Positions 39,474 through 48,582 of a stretch of 64,000 nt of DNA are shown one piece after another; the first letter of the stretch is position 1; each line of letters opens with the position of its first letter. Both the position numbers and the translations under genes were made by a program. The notes under the pieces were generated by a model, which made no database searches, had not been told where the DNA came from, and saw only the letters and a list, made by a program, of their open reading frames with translations. The stretch lies in NCBI GenBank assembly GCA_965247095.1, contig OZ251997.1, positions 320,001-384,000 of the forward strand, given 5' to 3'. The stretch is from Candidatus Multivorans sp. GTDB lineage: Bacteria; Acidobacteriota; Thermoanaerobaculia; Multivoradales; Multivoraceae.

Positions 39474-39889
39474 GGGGGTTTCTCCTCGACACGAATGTCG
39501 TCTCGGAGGTCGTCAGGCCTGCCCCTGATCTGCAGGTCGTCGCGTTTCTGAACTCAAGAAGCGACTTGTGGCTCTCGGCCGTTGTTGTCTATGAGTTGAA
39601 CTTCGGGTTGGAGCTCCTTCCCGCTGGGCGTCGTCGGCGCAACCTCGGCGCGTTCCTGTCGGCGGTCCAGGCCGACTTCGGGAACCGGCTCCTCCCCTTG
39701 GGCCAGCCCGAGGCTCAGCACGCGGCAAGTCTGCGTGCGCGAGCACGCCTCTCGGGCCGGAACGCCAGCGTGGCCGATGCGCTGATCGCCGGAACCGCGG
39801 CCGTGCACGAGCTGGTGGTTGCGACCAGGAACGTCTCCGACTTCGACAGCCTGGGCGTTGACGCCGTCAGTCCGTGGGCGCCCTTGTGA
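39470..39889 (+). CDS. vapC: PIN-domain VapC/FitB-like toxin
   Basis: LLDTNVVSE, ADALIAGTA, ATRNVSDF; GTGA overlap with antitoxin. Confidence 0.92.
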   Translation: MRGFLLDTNVVSEVVRPAPDLQVVAFLNSRSDLWLSAVVVYELNFGLELLPAGRRRRNLGAFLSAVQADFGNRLLPLGQPEAQHAASLRARARLSGRNASVADALIAGTAAVHELVVATRNVSDFDSLGVDAVSPWAPL

Positions 39890-42800
39890 ACTCCCGCCTT
39901 GAAGATGCGATCGAGGCCCTTCAGGCCATGCACATCGAAGACGCCGAGGATCCGCGGCAGACCCTGGCGCTGGCCCAGCGCGACATCCTGGGCGAGTACT
40001 CGCCGGCCTACATGCGGTGGCTGGACGCGCACCCGGAGGCGGAAGAGGGGCTGTTTCCGGTCGAGGAGGAATCGGCGAGGGAGCAGCGCGAGCGGATGTC
40101 GGGACTTCGCCCGGCGCCGGGCGAGGACATCCGGCGCTGGCTGCGTTTCCTGCGCTACCGGGAGTTGATCCGGGTGGCCGTTGCCGACTTCAGCGGTCTC
40201 GACGACTTCGATACGACGACGGCGAAGATCTCCCAGGTCGCGGATGTCTGCATTCAGCGAGCCCTTGAGGAGACGGGGCTTGATCGGGCGCCGTTCGCGG
40301 TCATTGCGATGGGCAAGTGGGGTGGCCTGGAGGTCAACTACAGCTCGGACGTCGACGCCCTCTTCGTCGCCTCGGACGATGTCGACCAGGAGGCTCTGCA
40401 CCGGCTGCAGCGGCAGGCGCCTCAACTGATCCGCCTGATCTCGGACAGTACGGCGGACGGCTTCGTGTTCCGCGTCGACATGCGCTTGCGGCCGGAAGGG
40501 AAGATGGGCCCGCTGGTGCGCACGGTGGGGCAGTACCTCCGCTTCTACGAGCGCTACGGCATGACCTGGACCTTCCAGGCGCTGATCAAGGCGCGCTTCG
40601 CGGCCGGCGACGCGGCGGCGGGCAAGAGCCTGATCGACGGCACGCGGCGCTTCGTCTTCAACCCGGAGAGGCCGCCGGAGACCCTGCTGCGCGAGGTCTT
40701 CGACATGAAGCAGATGATCGAGAAGTCGCTCCGTTCCCGGGGCACCGACATCGGCAACGTGAAGCTCGGTGCCGGCAGCATCCGCGACATCGAGTTCATC
40801 GTCCAGTTGCTTCAGCTTTACCACGGCGCCGCCAACAAGAGTCTCCGCTCGGCCAACACGCTGCGGGCGATGGCGCGGCTCCGGTCGCACCGTGTCATCA
40901 CCGATGACGAGCACGATGAGTTGCACGAGGCGTACGTTTTTCTGCGGGTGGTGGAGCACGTGCTTCAGTTGGAGCGGGATCTGCCTGTGCGCCAACTGCC
41001 GCAGGACCCGAAGCAGTGGGCGACGTTCCAGTGGCGCGTGGCTTTCGCCCTGCGCCAGCCTCTGGACACGCTCGATCTCGGCCGTCGCTATGAGCAGACG
41101 GCGGCCACGGTTCGCCGTATCTTCGGCGAGTTCTTCGAGGAGACGATCGAACTCCTGGAGCGCAAGCAGCAGGTGCGCGAGTTGTGCCCTGCCCTGCCCG
41201 CCGAGGTCGTCGACGAGCACTTCAGGCGGCTTGAGAGAGGCTACTTTCTGAGCTTCCCGGTCGAGGACGTGGCGCGCCACCTGGAGATGATCCACGAACT
41301 CGATTCCGATCGGCTGTGCCGGGTCGATGTGCGCTACGTCGGCTCGACGCGGCGGGTGACCGTGGTCGCAAACGACTACCAGGGCGAGTTCGCCAAGATC
41401 TGCGGCCTGCTCGCGGCCTACGGACAGTCGATCCTGAGCGGCAGTTCCTACACCTATCAGGATGTCGGCGACATCGGACTGTACCGGCGGCCTAGGCGAG
41501 TCCCGCGGCGCCGGCCGGAGCGGCGCCGGAACCGGCGCCGGCGGCGCGGGGCGCCGGCGCGCCCGCGAAAGAAGCAGGGCCCAACCCGGATCGTGTACTC
41601 GGCCGAGGTCCAGCCGGCGCCCGAACGGTCGAGCCACGTCTTTTCCTGGACCGAGTTCGAGCAGGACCTGAACCGGTTGCTCGTGCTCCTGGAGAAGGGC
41701 GATGCACGCCGTGCCAACGAGGAACTGACCCTGCGGGTCATGGAGGCGGCGCGCCGGATGGACCTCGGCGCCCAGGCGGACAAGGTGCTGCCGCCGATCG
41801 CCATCTCCGTCGACAACGAGTCGGACGAACATTGCACCATTCTGGAGATTCGAAGTCAGGACAGCTTCATGTTCCTGTTCGAGTTCGCGAACGTCCTCTC
41901 GACCCGGGACTACTGGATCGACAAGGTCGAGTTCGAGACGGTGGACGGCGAGGTGCGTGATCGCCTGTTCGTGACCACCCGGCGCGGCGGGAAGATCGAG
42001 GACCGGGTCGGAGTCGACAATCTGCGTCTGACGGTGACCCTGATGAAGCAGTTCGCGCGCCGGCTGGCGGTGGCGCCGAACCCGCACCTGGCTCTGCGGC
42101 AGTTCGGGGCGCTGATCGACGCGGCGTGCGAACAGGTTGCCGATCCGACCCACGCGCTCGCGTCGTCGCTGGACGAACTGGCGCGGGTCCTGGGGGCCGG
42201 CAGCTACGTCTGGGAAGAGTTCCTGCGCCGGCAACACGAGAGCCTGATGCCGCTGCTCGCCAACATGGCCGACCTGGATTTCGGCGCCGACAGAGGAGAG
42301 CTGGAGCGCCGGCTGGACGCGGCGCTCGAAGGCCCGGAGACGCCGGACGACATCCTCAACCGGTTCAAGGACGACGAGATCGGGCGCATCGACATGCGCC
42401 ACCTGACGCGCAGGATTGAGCATTTCAGCGACTTCGGCGCTGAACTCTCGACCCTCTCCGACGTGGTGCTGACCCGTGGCGCGGAGGAAGCGGTGGCCGA
42501 GGTCGCCGCCGGCGGACCGGCGCCTGGAGCGTGGTCTCTGTGTGCGCTCGGCAAGTGGGGCGGACGCGATCTCGGCTACGCCTCGGACATCGAGCTGATG
42601 TTCGTCTGGGATGCCGAAGGGTCGGAACAGGTCCGGTCCGGAGAACTCTACGAGCGCGCGGCGATGCGGCTGGCGCGCCTGATCCGCGCCAAGCGGGACG
42701 GGATCTTCGAGCTGGACTGGCGCCTGCGTCCCGGCGGCTCGTCCTCGCCGCTGTCGGCGTCGTTCCAGCGGTTCTCCTCGTACTACAGCTCCGACGGCGG

Positions 42801-43374
42801 CGCCGACCCGTACGAACGTCAGGCGCTGGTTCGGCTCCGCGCGGTCGCGGGCGATCCGGAGCTGTGCGCCCGTATCGAGGCGCACCGGCGGGACTACGTG
42901 TTCGATCCGCGGCCGCACGACGTGGCGCGCATCCGGCACCTGCGAAACCGGCAACGATCCGAACTCACAGCACCCGGTACGACGAACGCGAAGTTCAGCG
43001 CCGGCGGCCTGGTCGACGCCGAGTACTTCGTGCAGGTGCGGCAGATCGCGGCCGGCGCGGGCGACCCCGAAGTGCGGCAGACCAACACCCTGGAAGCGGT
43101 CCGCGCGCTGTACGACCGCGGCCACATCTCGCGTGACGAGTTCGAGCAGGTCGAGGCGGGATACCGGCTGCTGCGGGCGGTGATCAATTGCCTGCGCATC
43201 GTCCGCGGCAACAGCAAGGACCTGGTCATTCCCGCCCGGCAGACCAGCGAGTTCCGCTTCCTCGCGCGACGTCTGCACAGCCTGGGCCAGTTGCCGGACG
43301 AAGAGGGAGCGTGGGATCGGATCGCCGAGCGGATGGGCAGCCTGCAGCGTCTCTTCGACGGCCTTTCGGACTGA
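39886..43374 (+). CDS. glnE: Glutamine synthetase adenylyltransferase/removase with central GlnD-like tandem ACT domains
   Basis: Two NT cores (GKWGGLEVNYSSDVD...DMRLRPEG; GKWGGRDLGYASDIE...DWRLRPGG) separated by ACT-like segments; GTG overlaps vapC TGA. Confidence 0.88.
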   Translation: MNSRLEDAIEALQAMHIEDAEDPRQTLALAQRDILGEYSPAYMRWLDAHPEAEEGLFPVEEESAREQRERMSGLRPAPGEDIRRWLRFLRYRELIRVAVADFSGLDDFDTTTAKISQVADVCIQRALEETGLDRAPFAVIAMGKWGGLEVNYSSDVDALFVASDDVDQEALHRLQRQAPQLIRLISDSTADGFVFRVDMRLRPEGKMGPLVRTVGQYLRFYERYGMTWTFQALIKARFAAGDAAAGKSLIDGTRRFVFNPERPPETLLREVFDMKQMIEKSLRSRGTDIGNVKLGAGSIRDIEFIVQLLQLYHGAANKSLRSANTLRAMARLRSHRVITDDEHDELHEAYVFLRVVEHVLQLERDLPVRQLPQDPKQWATFQWRVAFALRQPLDTLDLGRRYEQTAATVRRIFGEFFEETIELLERKQQVRELCPALPAEVVDEHFRRLERGYFLSFPVEDVARHLEMIHELDSDRLCRVDVRYVGSTRRVTVVANDYQGEFAKICGLLAAYGQSILSGSSYTYQDVGDIGLYRRPRRVPRRRPERRRNRRRRRGAPARPRKKQGPTRIVYSAEVQPAPERSSHVFSWTEFEQDLNRLLVLLEKGDARRANEELTLRVMEAARRMDLGAQADKVLPPIAISVDNESDEHCTILEIRSQDSFMFLFEFANVLSTRDYWIDKVEFETVDGEVRDRLFVTTRRGGKIEDRVGVDNLRLTVTLMKQFARRLAVAPNPHLALRQFGALIDAACEQVADPTHALASSLDELARVLGAGSYVWEEFLRRQHESLMPLLANMADLDFGADRGELERRLDAALEGPETPDDILNRFKDDEIGRIDMRHLTRRIEHFSDFGAELSTLSDVVLTRGAEEAVAEVAAGGPAPGAWSLCALGKWGGRDLGYASDIELMFVWDAEGSEQVRSGELYERAAMRLARLIRAKRDGIFELDWRLRPGGSSSPLSASFQRFSSYYSSDGGADPYERQALVRLRAVAGDPELCARIEAHRRDYVFDPRPHDVARIRHLRNRQRSELTAPGTTNAKFSAGGLVDAEYFVQVRQIAAGAGDPEVRQTNTLEAVRALYDRGHISRDEFEQVEAGYRLLRAVINCLRIVRGNSKDLVIPARQTSEFRFLARRLHSLGQLPDEEGAWDRIAERMGSLQRLFDGLSD

Positions 43375-43389
43375 GTGGCCGGCACACAC

Positions 43390-43431
43390 AAAGAGAAGCG
43401 CGCCGGGGAGCAGCAAGCTCCCGCGGCGCGC
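43390..43431 (-). terminator. Intrinsic terminator of amtB-glnK (possibly bidirectional)
   Basis: GC hairpin gcgcgccg-gggagc/gctccc-gcggcgcgc followed on minus strand by ttctcttt. Confidence 0.65.
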
Positions 43432-43452
43432 GCCTCGTGTGATGCGATGCAG

Positions 43453-43794
43453 CTAGCCGATCGCGACGTTTCCGGTTTCGCCGGTGCGGATGCGGATGCA
43501 CTCCTCGAGCGGCAGGACGAAGATCTTGCCGTCACCGACAGTGCCGGTCTTGGCGCCCCGTGTGATCGCATCGATCACCACGTCGACATAGTCCTCGTTG
43601 ACCGCAAGCTCGATCTTGAGCTTGCGTAGCAGAGCGCCGGCCTCCTTGTGGCCGCGGTAGACCTCGGCGACGCCCCGCTGGCGACCGCGCCCCATGACGT
43701 TGGAGACGGTCAGCAGGTGAATGTCCTTCTCTTCCAGGAGATCGAGGACCTCCTGCATCCGGTCGGGCTGAACGATGGCTACGACGTACTTCAT
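43453..43794 (-). CDS. glnK: PII nitrogen regulatory protein (GlnK-type), Tyr51 replaced by Glu
   Basis: GRGRQRG..EVYRG, TGTVGDGKIFV, IRIRTGE; adjacent to amtB. Confidence 0.93.
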   Translation of the reverse strand: MKYVVAIVQPDRMQEVLDLLEEKDIHLLTVSNVMGRGRQRGVAEVYRGHKEAGALLRKLKIELAVNEDYVDVVIDAITRGAKTGTVGDGKIFVLPLEECIRIRTGETGNVAIG

Positions 43795-43812
43795 GTCATT
43801 CCTCCTTCTGCC

Positions 43813-45153
43813 CTAGTCGACCAGGGTGTAAGCGTTTTCGCGGTGGTCGGTGAGGTCGAGCCCGAGCCGCTCTTCGTCATCGCTGACACGGAGTCCGATG
43901 ATCAGGTCGATGACCTTGAGCAGGATGAAGGACACGACCGCCGCCCAGACGATGGTGAAGGCGATTGCCTTGAGCTGGATCAGGACCTGACCGGCGTTGC
44001 CGTAGAACAGTCCGTTCGCGTCGTTGCCTGGCACCACGTCCGTGGCCCAGAGGCCGGCCGCAACGGCGCCCCACATGCCGGCGATGCCGTGGACACCGAA
44101 GACATCGAGGGAGTCGTCGTAGCCGAGCTTCGACTTGAGCCACGTCACTGCCAGGTAGGCGCAGACGGACGCACCGATACCGACGCCGATGGAGCCGATC
44201 GCGTTCACCGAGCCGGAGGCCGGAGTGATTGCAACCAGACCGGAGATCGCGCCGGTGATGACGCCCAGGAGCGTCGGCTTCGAGTCGCGGATCCAGTCGA
44301 TCAGACCCCAGGTGGCAGCCGCTGCCGCGGTCGCCACCTGGGTGACGACGAAGGCGTTGGCTGCCGAGCCGTTGGCCGCCACGGCGCTGCCGGCGTTGAA
44401 GCCGAACCATCCGAACCAGAGCAGGCCGGTGCCGAGGACGGCGAAGGGCAGGTTATGCGGAGGTGAGGTGTGGTCCGGATGGCCCTTGCGGCGGCCGAGA
44501 ACGAACGCCGCAACGAGGGCCGAGACACCGGCGTTGATGTGAACGACGGTGCCGCCGGCAAAGTCGAGGGCGCCGTCGCCGCCGAGGCCGAAGAAGCCCT
44601 CGGAGCCGCCCCAGACCCAGTGGCAGATCGGGGCGTAGACCACCAGCAGCCAGGCGCTCATGAACAGGCAGATGGCGCTGAACTTCATCCGTTCCGCGAA
44701 GGCGCCGATCATCAGGGCCGGCGTGATGATCGCGAACATGCCCTGGAAGATCATGAACAGCGGCGCCGGAATGCCGGTGCCGTCCCAGGCGTCGTAGCCC
44801 AGGTTGGCGAGCAGGAAGTAGTCGCCGCCGCCGATCACGCCGCCGAGGGCGTCGGAGCCGAAGGCCAGGCTGAAGCCGATGACGACCCAGAGCACGGTCA
44901 TCAGGCTCATGCACAGGAAGCACTGCATGAGGATCGAGAGGACGTTCTTGCGCCTGACCAGTCCGCCGTAGAAGAACGCCAGTCCCGGCGTCATCAGCAG
45001 TACCAAAGCGCTGGCGGTCAGCATCCAGGCCGTGTCGCCGCTGTCCACGCCTTCCTGTGCCGCTGCCGGCGCCGCGCCGAACAGAGCCAGCAGCAGAGTG
45101 AGTCCCAGGGCCGAACCCAGACCGATGGTTCGACCGCGAATTCTGAAGCTCAT
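43813..45153 (-). CDS. amtB: Ammonium transporter
   Basis: GDTAW, PGLAFFYGG, DFAGGTVVH, WFGWFGFNAGS, DDSLDVFGVHG. Confidence 0.97.
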   Translation of the reverse strand: MSFRIRGRTIGLGSALGLTLLLALFGAAPAAAQEGVDSGDTAWMLTASALVLLMTPGLAFFYGGLVRRKNVLSILMQCFLCMSLMTVLWVVIGFSLAFGSDALGGVIGGGDYFLLANLGYDAWDGTGIPAPLFMIFQGMFAIITPALMIGAFAERMKFSAICLFMSAWLLVVYAPICHWVWGGSEGFFGLGGDGALDFAGGTVVHINAGVSALVAAFVLGRRKGHPDHTSPPHNLPFAVLGTGLLWFGWFGFNAGSAVAANGSAANAFVVTQVATAAAAATWGLIDWIRDSKPTLLGVITGAISGLVAITPASGSVNAIGSIGVGIGASVCAYLAVTWLKSKLGYDDSLDVFGVHGIAGMWGAVAAGLWATDVVPGNDANGLFYGNAGQVLIQLKAIAFTIVWAAVVSFILLKVIDLIIGLRVSDDEERLGLDLTDHRENAYTLVD

Positions 45154-45269
45154 ACGAATCCCTCCTCTTCGTTTGATCCACCCGGCTGGTCATCTCGGTC
45201 CGCGCTGCCTCTTCGGAGCGGGCGAGGTCAGGTTTCCGGAACTGACGTCCAGGCTTGCCCTGTTCCTCT

Positions 45270-45286
45270 ATCGAAAACCGTGCCAA
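45270..45286 (-). promoter_or_regulatory. sigma54-like promoter of amtB-glnK
   Basis: TTGGCACGGTTTTCGAT: perfect -24 element, GA instead of GC at -12. Confidence 0.45.
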
Positions 45287-45513
45287 GCGCGCGGAGTCGC
45301 TTGAGTCGCGTCGGGAAGCGCTGACGCGGGACCGCGGCAAGGCCCGCTAACCCGCGCGCAGGCGCGAATTAGCGGCCGATTGAGGGGGCGGCGATGAGGC
45401 CCGGGTGTGGCTACCGGTTCGGGGTCAGGCTGTCGGCGCACCGCCCCGCACAAACATTCCTGTTCGGCTTGGGGCGGGCGTGCGACAGAACTGTAACGCC
45501 GGCAGGATCGGGC

Positions 45514-47511
45514 TCAGGGCAGGTCGAGCGCCGGGTTGCGGTCGAAGAAGTCGAACGGGCGCAGTTCGAACCCGTGCCACATGACCGGCATCACCGGCCA
45601 GTCCTCGGCCCGCGGCAGGTGGTGCATGCCGACCGTGTGCCAGAGCACGATGTCCCGGTCCTGGATCGGCCGGTCCGCCTCTGTCCATTCGGGCAGACCC
45701 ATGCCCGGCTCGCTCAGGGTCGGGTGGTCGCCGGCCGCGTAGAGTTCGTCCGGGTCGTAAGGGGTCACCCACAGGTGGTGGTCGATGAAACCGGCGCGCC
45801 GCCGCGGATAGTCGTCCGCCGAGAGCAGCGTATTCGCGTTCCTGCCCGGCATCACCTGGAAACTCGTCGGGTAGCCGACGGCGTTCGTCCGGCTGGTGCT
45901 GAGCACCCGCCAGAGCGTTGGTCGCTCCAGGCTGATGTTCAGCCGGGCGTCGTGCTCGCTAACCGCGACCTCTTGTTCCTGGACCCACAGGCTGCGTCTG
46001 GGGTGGTCGGCCGGCAGCCGCTTGGTGACCAGGCGATCGGCGACGAAGCGATTGTCTACGCCATCGACGTCGAGGTCGAGCCGGTAGCTGAAGTAGTGGT
46101 CGTGATTGACGGCGACGATGTTGCGGTCAACGAAACGGCCGTAGGCATCGGCACGACCGGGTGTCCGGAGCGCGTCGGCCGCGGCTGTGTTGACCGGCCC
46201 CGCCGATGGCGCCGGTGGGATCGCGGAGGCTGCGTTCGTTGCTTTGACTTCCAGGATGCCGGTGGCGCCGACCCGGGCTTCGATAGAGCCGTCCTGCCGG
46301 AAGATCCAGTCAAGCAGGTAGTCGTAGTTGCCGACCACGGCCCCCGTCCGCACGACCAGGTCGCGACTCTGCCGGCTGTCGGGCTGTTCGGAGGCGTAGT
46401 GCCGCCAGGCAGGATCGCCGGTCTCTCGTTCGTACATGCAGATCGTGTCGGGCACGGTGCGGGGGCGGCCGTTGCCGCCGCTGACCAGGGTGTCGATGTA
46501 GACCGCGTGATCGGGGCAGTCCCGGCCGCGCAGCATCGGTTTGGCCAATCCCCCGGCAACGAATTCGCCGGCGTCGATGAAGTTGCGCCGATACCAGGCG
46601 AACGACGGGTCCATGTACGGAACGAAGATCTCGGACAGATGGCCCTGGTACATCACGGAGCGGGAACTCGCGCCGGATCCCGGCTGGTAGCGGACCAGGG
46701 ACAGAACCAGACCGATCCGCTGATCGGGCCTCAGGTGGAAGTTCCAGTTCTGCCAGCGCACCTGGTAACCGTCGATCTCGAAGCCGGGTCCGAGCGGCTG
46801 GCGCGTATCGATCGGTCCCGGCACTTCGCGCGGATGGTCGAGGGTGGTGCGGTCGAAGTCCGCATTCGTCGTGGTGGCGGGCACCGGGCCGTCGTCAACC
46901 ACCCGCAAGACTTCGCCGGCGCCCAGGTCGACCACGGCGCTCAGGCCCTCGACCTGCCGGGTCCAGCCGTTGCGGACACCGCGCGACTCGGAACACCTGA
47001 CATTGCCGATCCGCCGTCCGCGCTCTTCCTCGGTCCCGAAGTAGCCGGGTGGTCCCGTGCCGCAGTCGAGAAAGGTGTGATCGGTGATGCCGCGCGCCTC
47101 AAGGCCGGCGATGAAGTCCGGATGTTCGAGCACCTTGTCGACGACTGCCTCGAACTCTTCGCCGAGCCAGGCGGGTTGCACTCCGGTAAGGGGCGTCCAT
47201 GACGTGACTCGCTCGGCGGCAAGGTCGACGGTGGCCTCATAGGTCTTGTCGGCCTGGCGAACCACGGCATAGACTGCCCGGGCCATTTCGAGGCCGGGTT
47301 GCCAGGCCAGCACATCACGTTTGGCCGGCTCCTTGAGTCTCAGTTCCGAGAAGCGGGTGTCCTTGTCCATGTGCCCCGCATCGCGGAGCACCTCCAGCGC
47401 ACGCCACATCTCCTGGTAGCTCAGGGGGTCGAGCGGATGTTCCGCGGCCGGTACGGGTGCGGCCATGGCGAGAACCATGGAGAGAGCGAGAAGGAAGGTC
47501 GACGAGCGCAT
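45514..47511 (-). CDS. Exported copper-containing (TPQ) primary amine oxidase
   Basis: HPLDPL, VGNYDY topaquinone motif, HDH and H Cu ligands, EDWPVMP, FFDRNP; signal peptide. Confidence 0.93.
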   Translation of the reverse strand: MRSSTFLLALSMVLAMAAPVPAAEHPLDPLSYQEMWRALEVLRDAGHMDKDTRFSELRLKEPAKRDVLAWQPGLEMARAVYAVVRQADKTYEATVDLAAERVTSWTPLTGVQPAWLGEEFEAVVDKVLEHPDFIAGLEARGITDHTFLDCGTGPPGYFGTEEERGRRIGNVRCSESRGVRNGWTRQVEGLSAVVDLGAGEVLRVVDDGPVPATTTNADFDRTTLDHPREVPGPIDTRQPLGPGFEIDGYQVRWQNWNFHLRPDQRIGLVLSLVRYQPGSGASSRSVMYQGHLSEIFVPYMDPSFAWYRRNFIDAGEFVAGGLAKPMLRGRDCPDHAVYIDTLVSGGNGRPRTVPDTICMYERETGDPAWRHYASEQPDSRQSRDLVVRTGAVVGNYDYLLDWIFRQDGSIEARVGATGILEVKATNAASAIPPAPSAGPVNTAAADALRTPGRADAYGRFVDRNIVAVNHDHYFSYRLDLDVDGVDNRFVADRLVTKRLPADHPRRSLWVQEQEVAVSEHDARLNISLERPTLWRVLSTSRTNAVGYPTSFQVMPGRNANTLLSADDYPRRRAGFIDHHLWVTPYDPDELYAAGDHPTLSEPGMGLPEWTEADRPIQDRDIVLWHTVGMHHLPRAEDWPVMPVMWHGFELRPFDFFDRNPALDLP

Positions 47512-47634
47512 GGGTTTCTCCTAGGGTCGCGGTGGTCAAGTCCGCTTGATGGGGGCTGACTTGTTGCCCAGGTGCTGTTGGCTCCGCCACCTGAACCTAT
47601 CGCGGCTGCGCCTCCGCTGTAGACTCGCCAACCT

Positions 47635-48582
47635 GTGAGTCTGCGCATCGTGCCACCGTCGCCGCGTCCGAGCGCTACTCCTGACGCCGTCTCGGCGTCG
47701 AAGGCGGGACACCGCTGGCCGTCCGCCCCCCAAGGGCGGCAGTTGTTCCGTCAGGCGACGGACAGCAGCAGCCCGCGTCAGGTCAAGACCAGCGTCGCGC
47801 TCCAGTTCCTGCACCGGATCGTCGGGCTGGAGTACCTGAACTTCGGCATGTGGAGCGCCGGCGATCCGCTCGACCTGGTCGGCCTGCGCCGCGCCCAGGA
47901 GCGCTTGGTCGGACGCCTGTTCGAGCTGCTTCCGCCGGGCGTGTCCTCGGTGCTCGACATCGGTTGCGGCACCGCTGTGATCACGGAGCGGCTGGCGGTG
48001 CTGGGCTACGATGTCGAGGGTCTGTCGCCCGATCCGTATCATGGCGAGCTGTTCAGGGCGCGGCTCCCGGATCGGCGCTTTCACCTGGGCCGCTTCCAGG
48101 AGTTCGAGCCCGACCGGCGCTATGACCTCCTGTTCCTCTGCGAGTCGGCGCAATACGTGTGGCTGGAGGAGCTGTTCGAGGCTGTGCAACGGTCGCTGAC
48201 GCCGGGCGGGCACGTGCTGCTGTGCGACTACTTCGTCACCTGCCCGGACGGCAGCGAGGGGTCGAGGAGCGGCCACCCGCTGGACGAGTTCCTGGCTCGG
48301 GCCGAGGCCAGCGGGCTCGTTCTCGAGATCGACGAGGACGTGACCGAATCCGTGCTTCCAATGCTGCGGCTTGCGCAAGCGATGCTGGACCGTTACGGCC
48401 GCGGTGCCGTGAGCCTGCTGCGCGAGGCCTCCACGCGGCGGTTCCCGCGGTTGGCCGGCGCCGGCTGGCGATTGGCGCGGCCGCTCACCGGCCGGCTCGA
48501 CCGGCTCGACCGGCTGATCGACCCGGAGCACTTCGCCCGCATCAAGCAATACAGGGTCATGCGGTTCCGGAGAGAGGAGTGA
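47635..48582 (+). CDS. Class I SAM-dependent methyltransferase
   Basis: YLNFGMW, VLDIGCG, LTPGG; start position uncertain. Confidence 0.82.
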   Translation: MSLRIVPPSPRPSATPDAVSASKAGHRWPSAPQGRQLFRQATDSSSPRQVKTSVALQFLHRIVGLEYLNFGMWSAGDPLDLVGLRRAQERLVGRLFELLPPGVSSVLDIGCGTAVITERLAVLGYDVEGLSPDPYHGELFRARLPDRRFHLGRFQEFEPDRRYDLLFLCESAQYVWLEELFEAVQRSLTPGGHVLLCDYFVTCPDGSEGSRSGHPLDEFLARAEASGLVLEIDEDVTESVLPMLRLAQAMLDRYGRGAVSLLREASTRRFPRLAGAGWRLARPLTGRLDRLDRLIDPEHFARIKQYRVMRFRREE

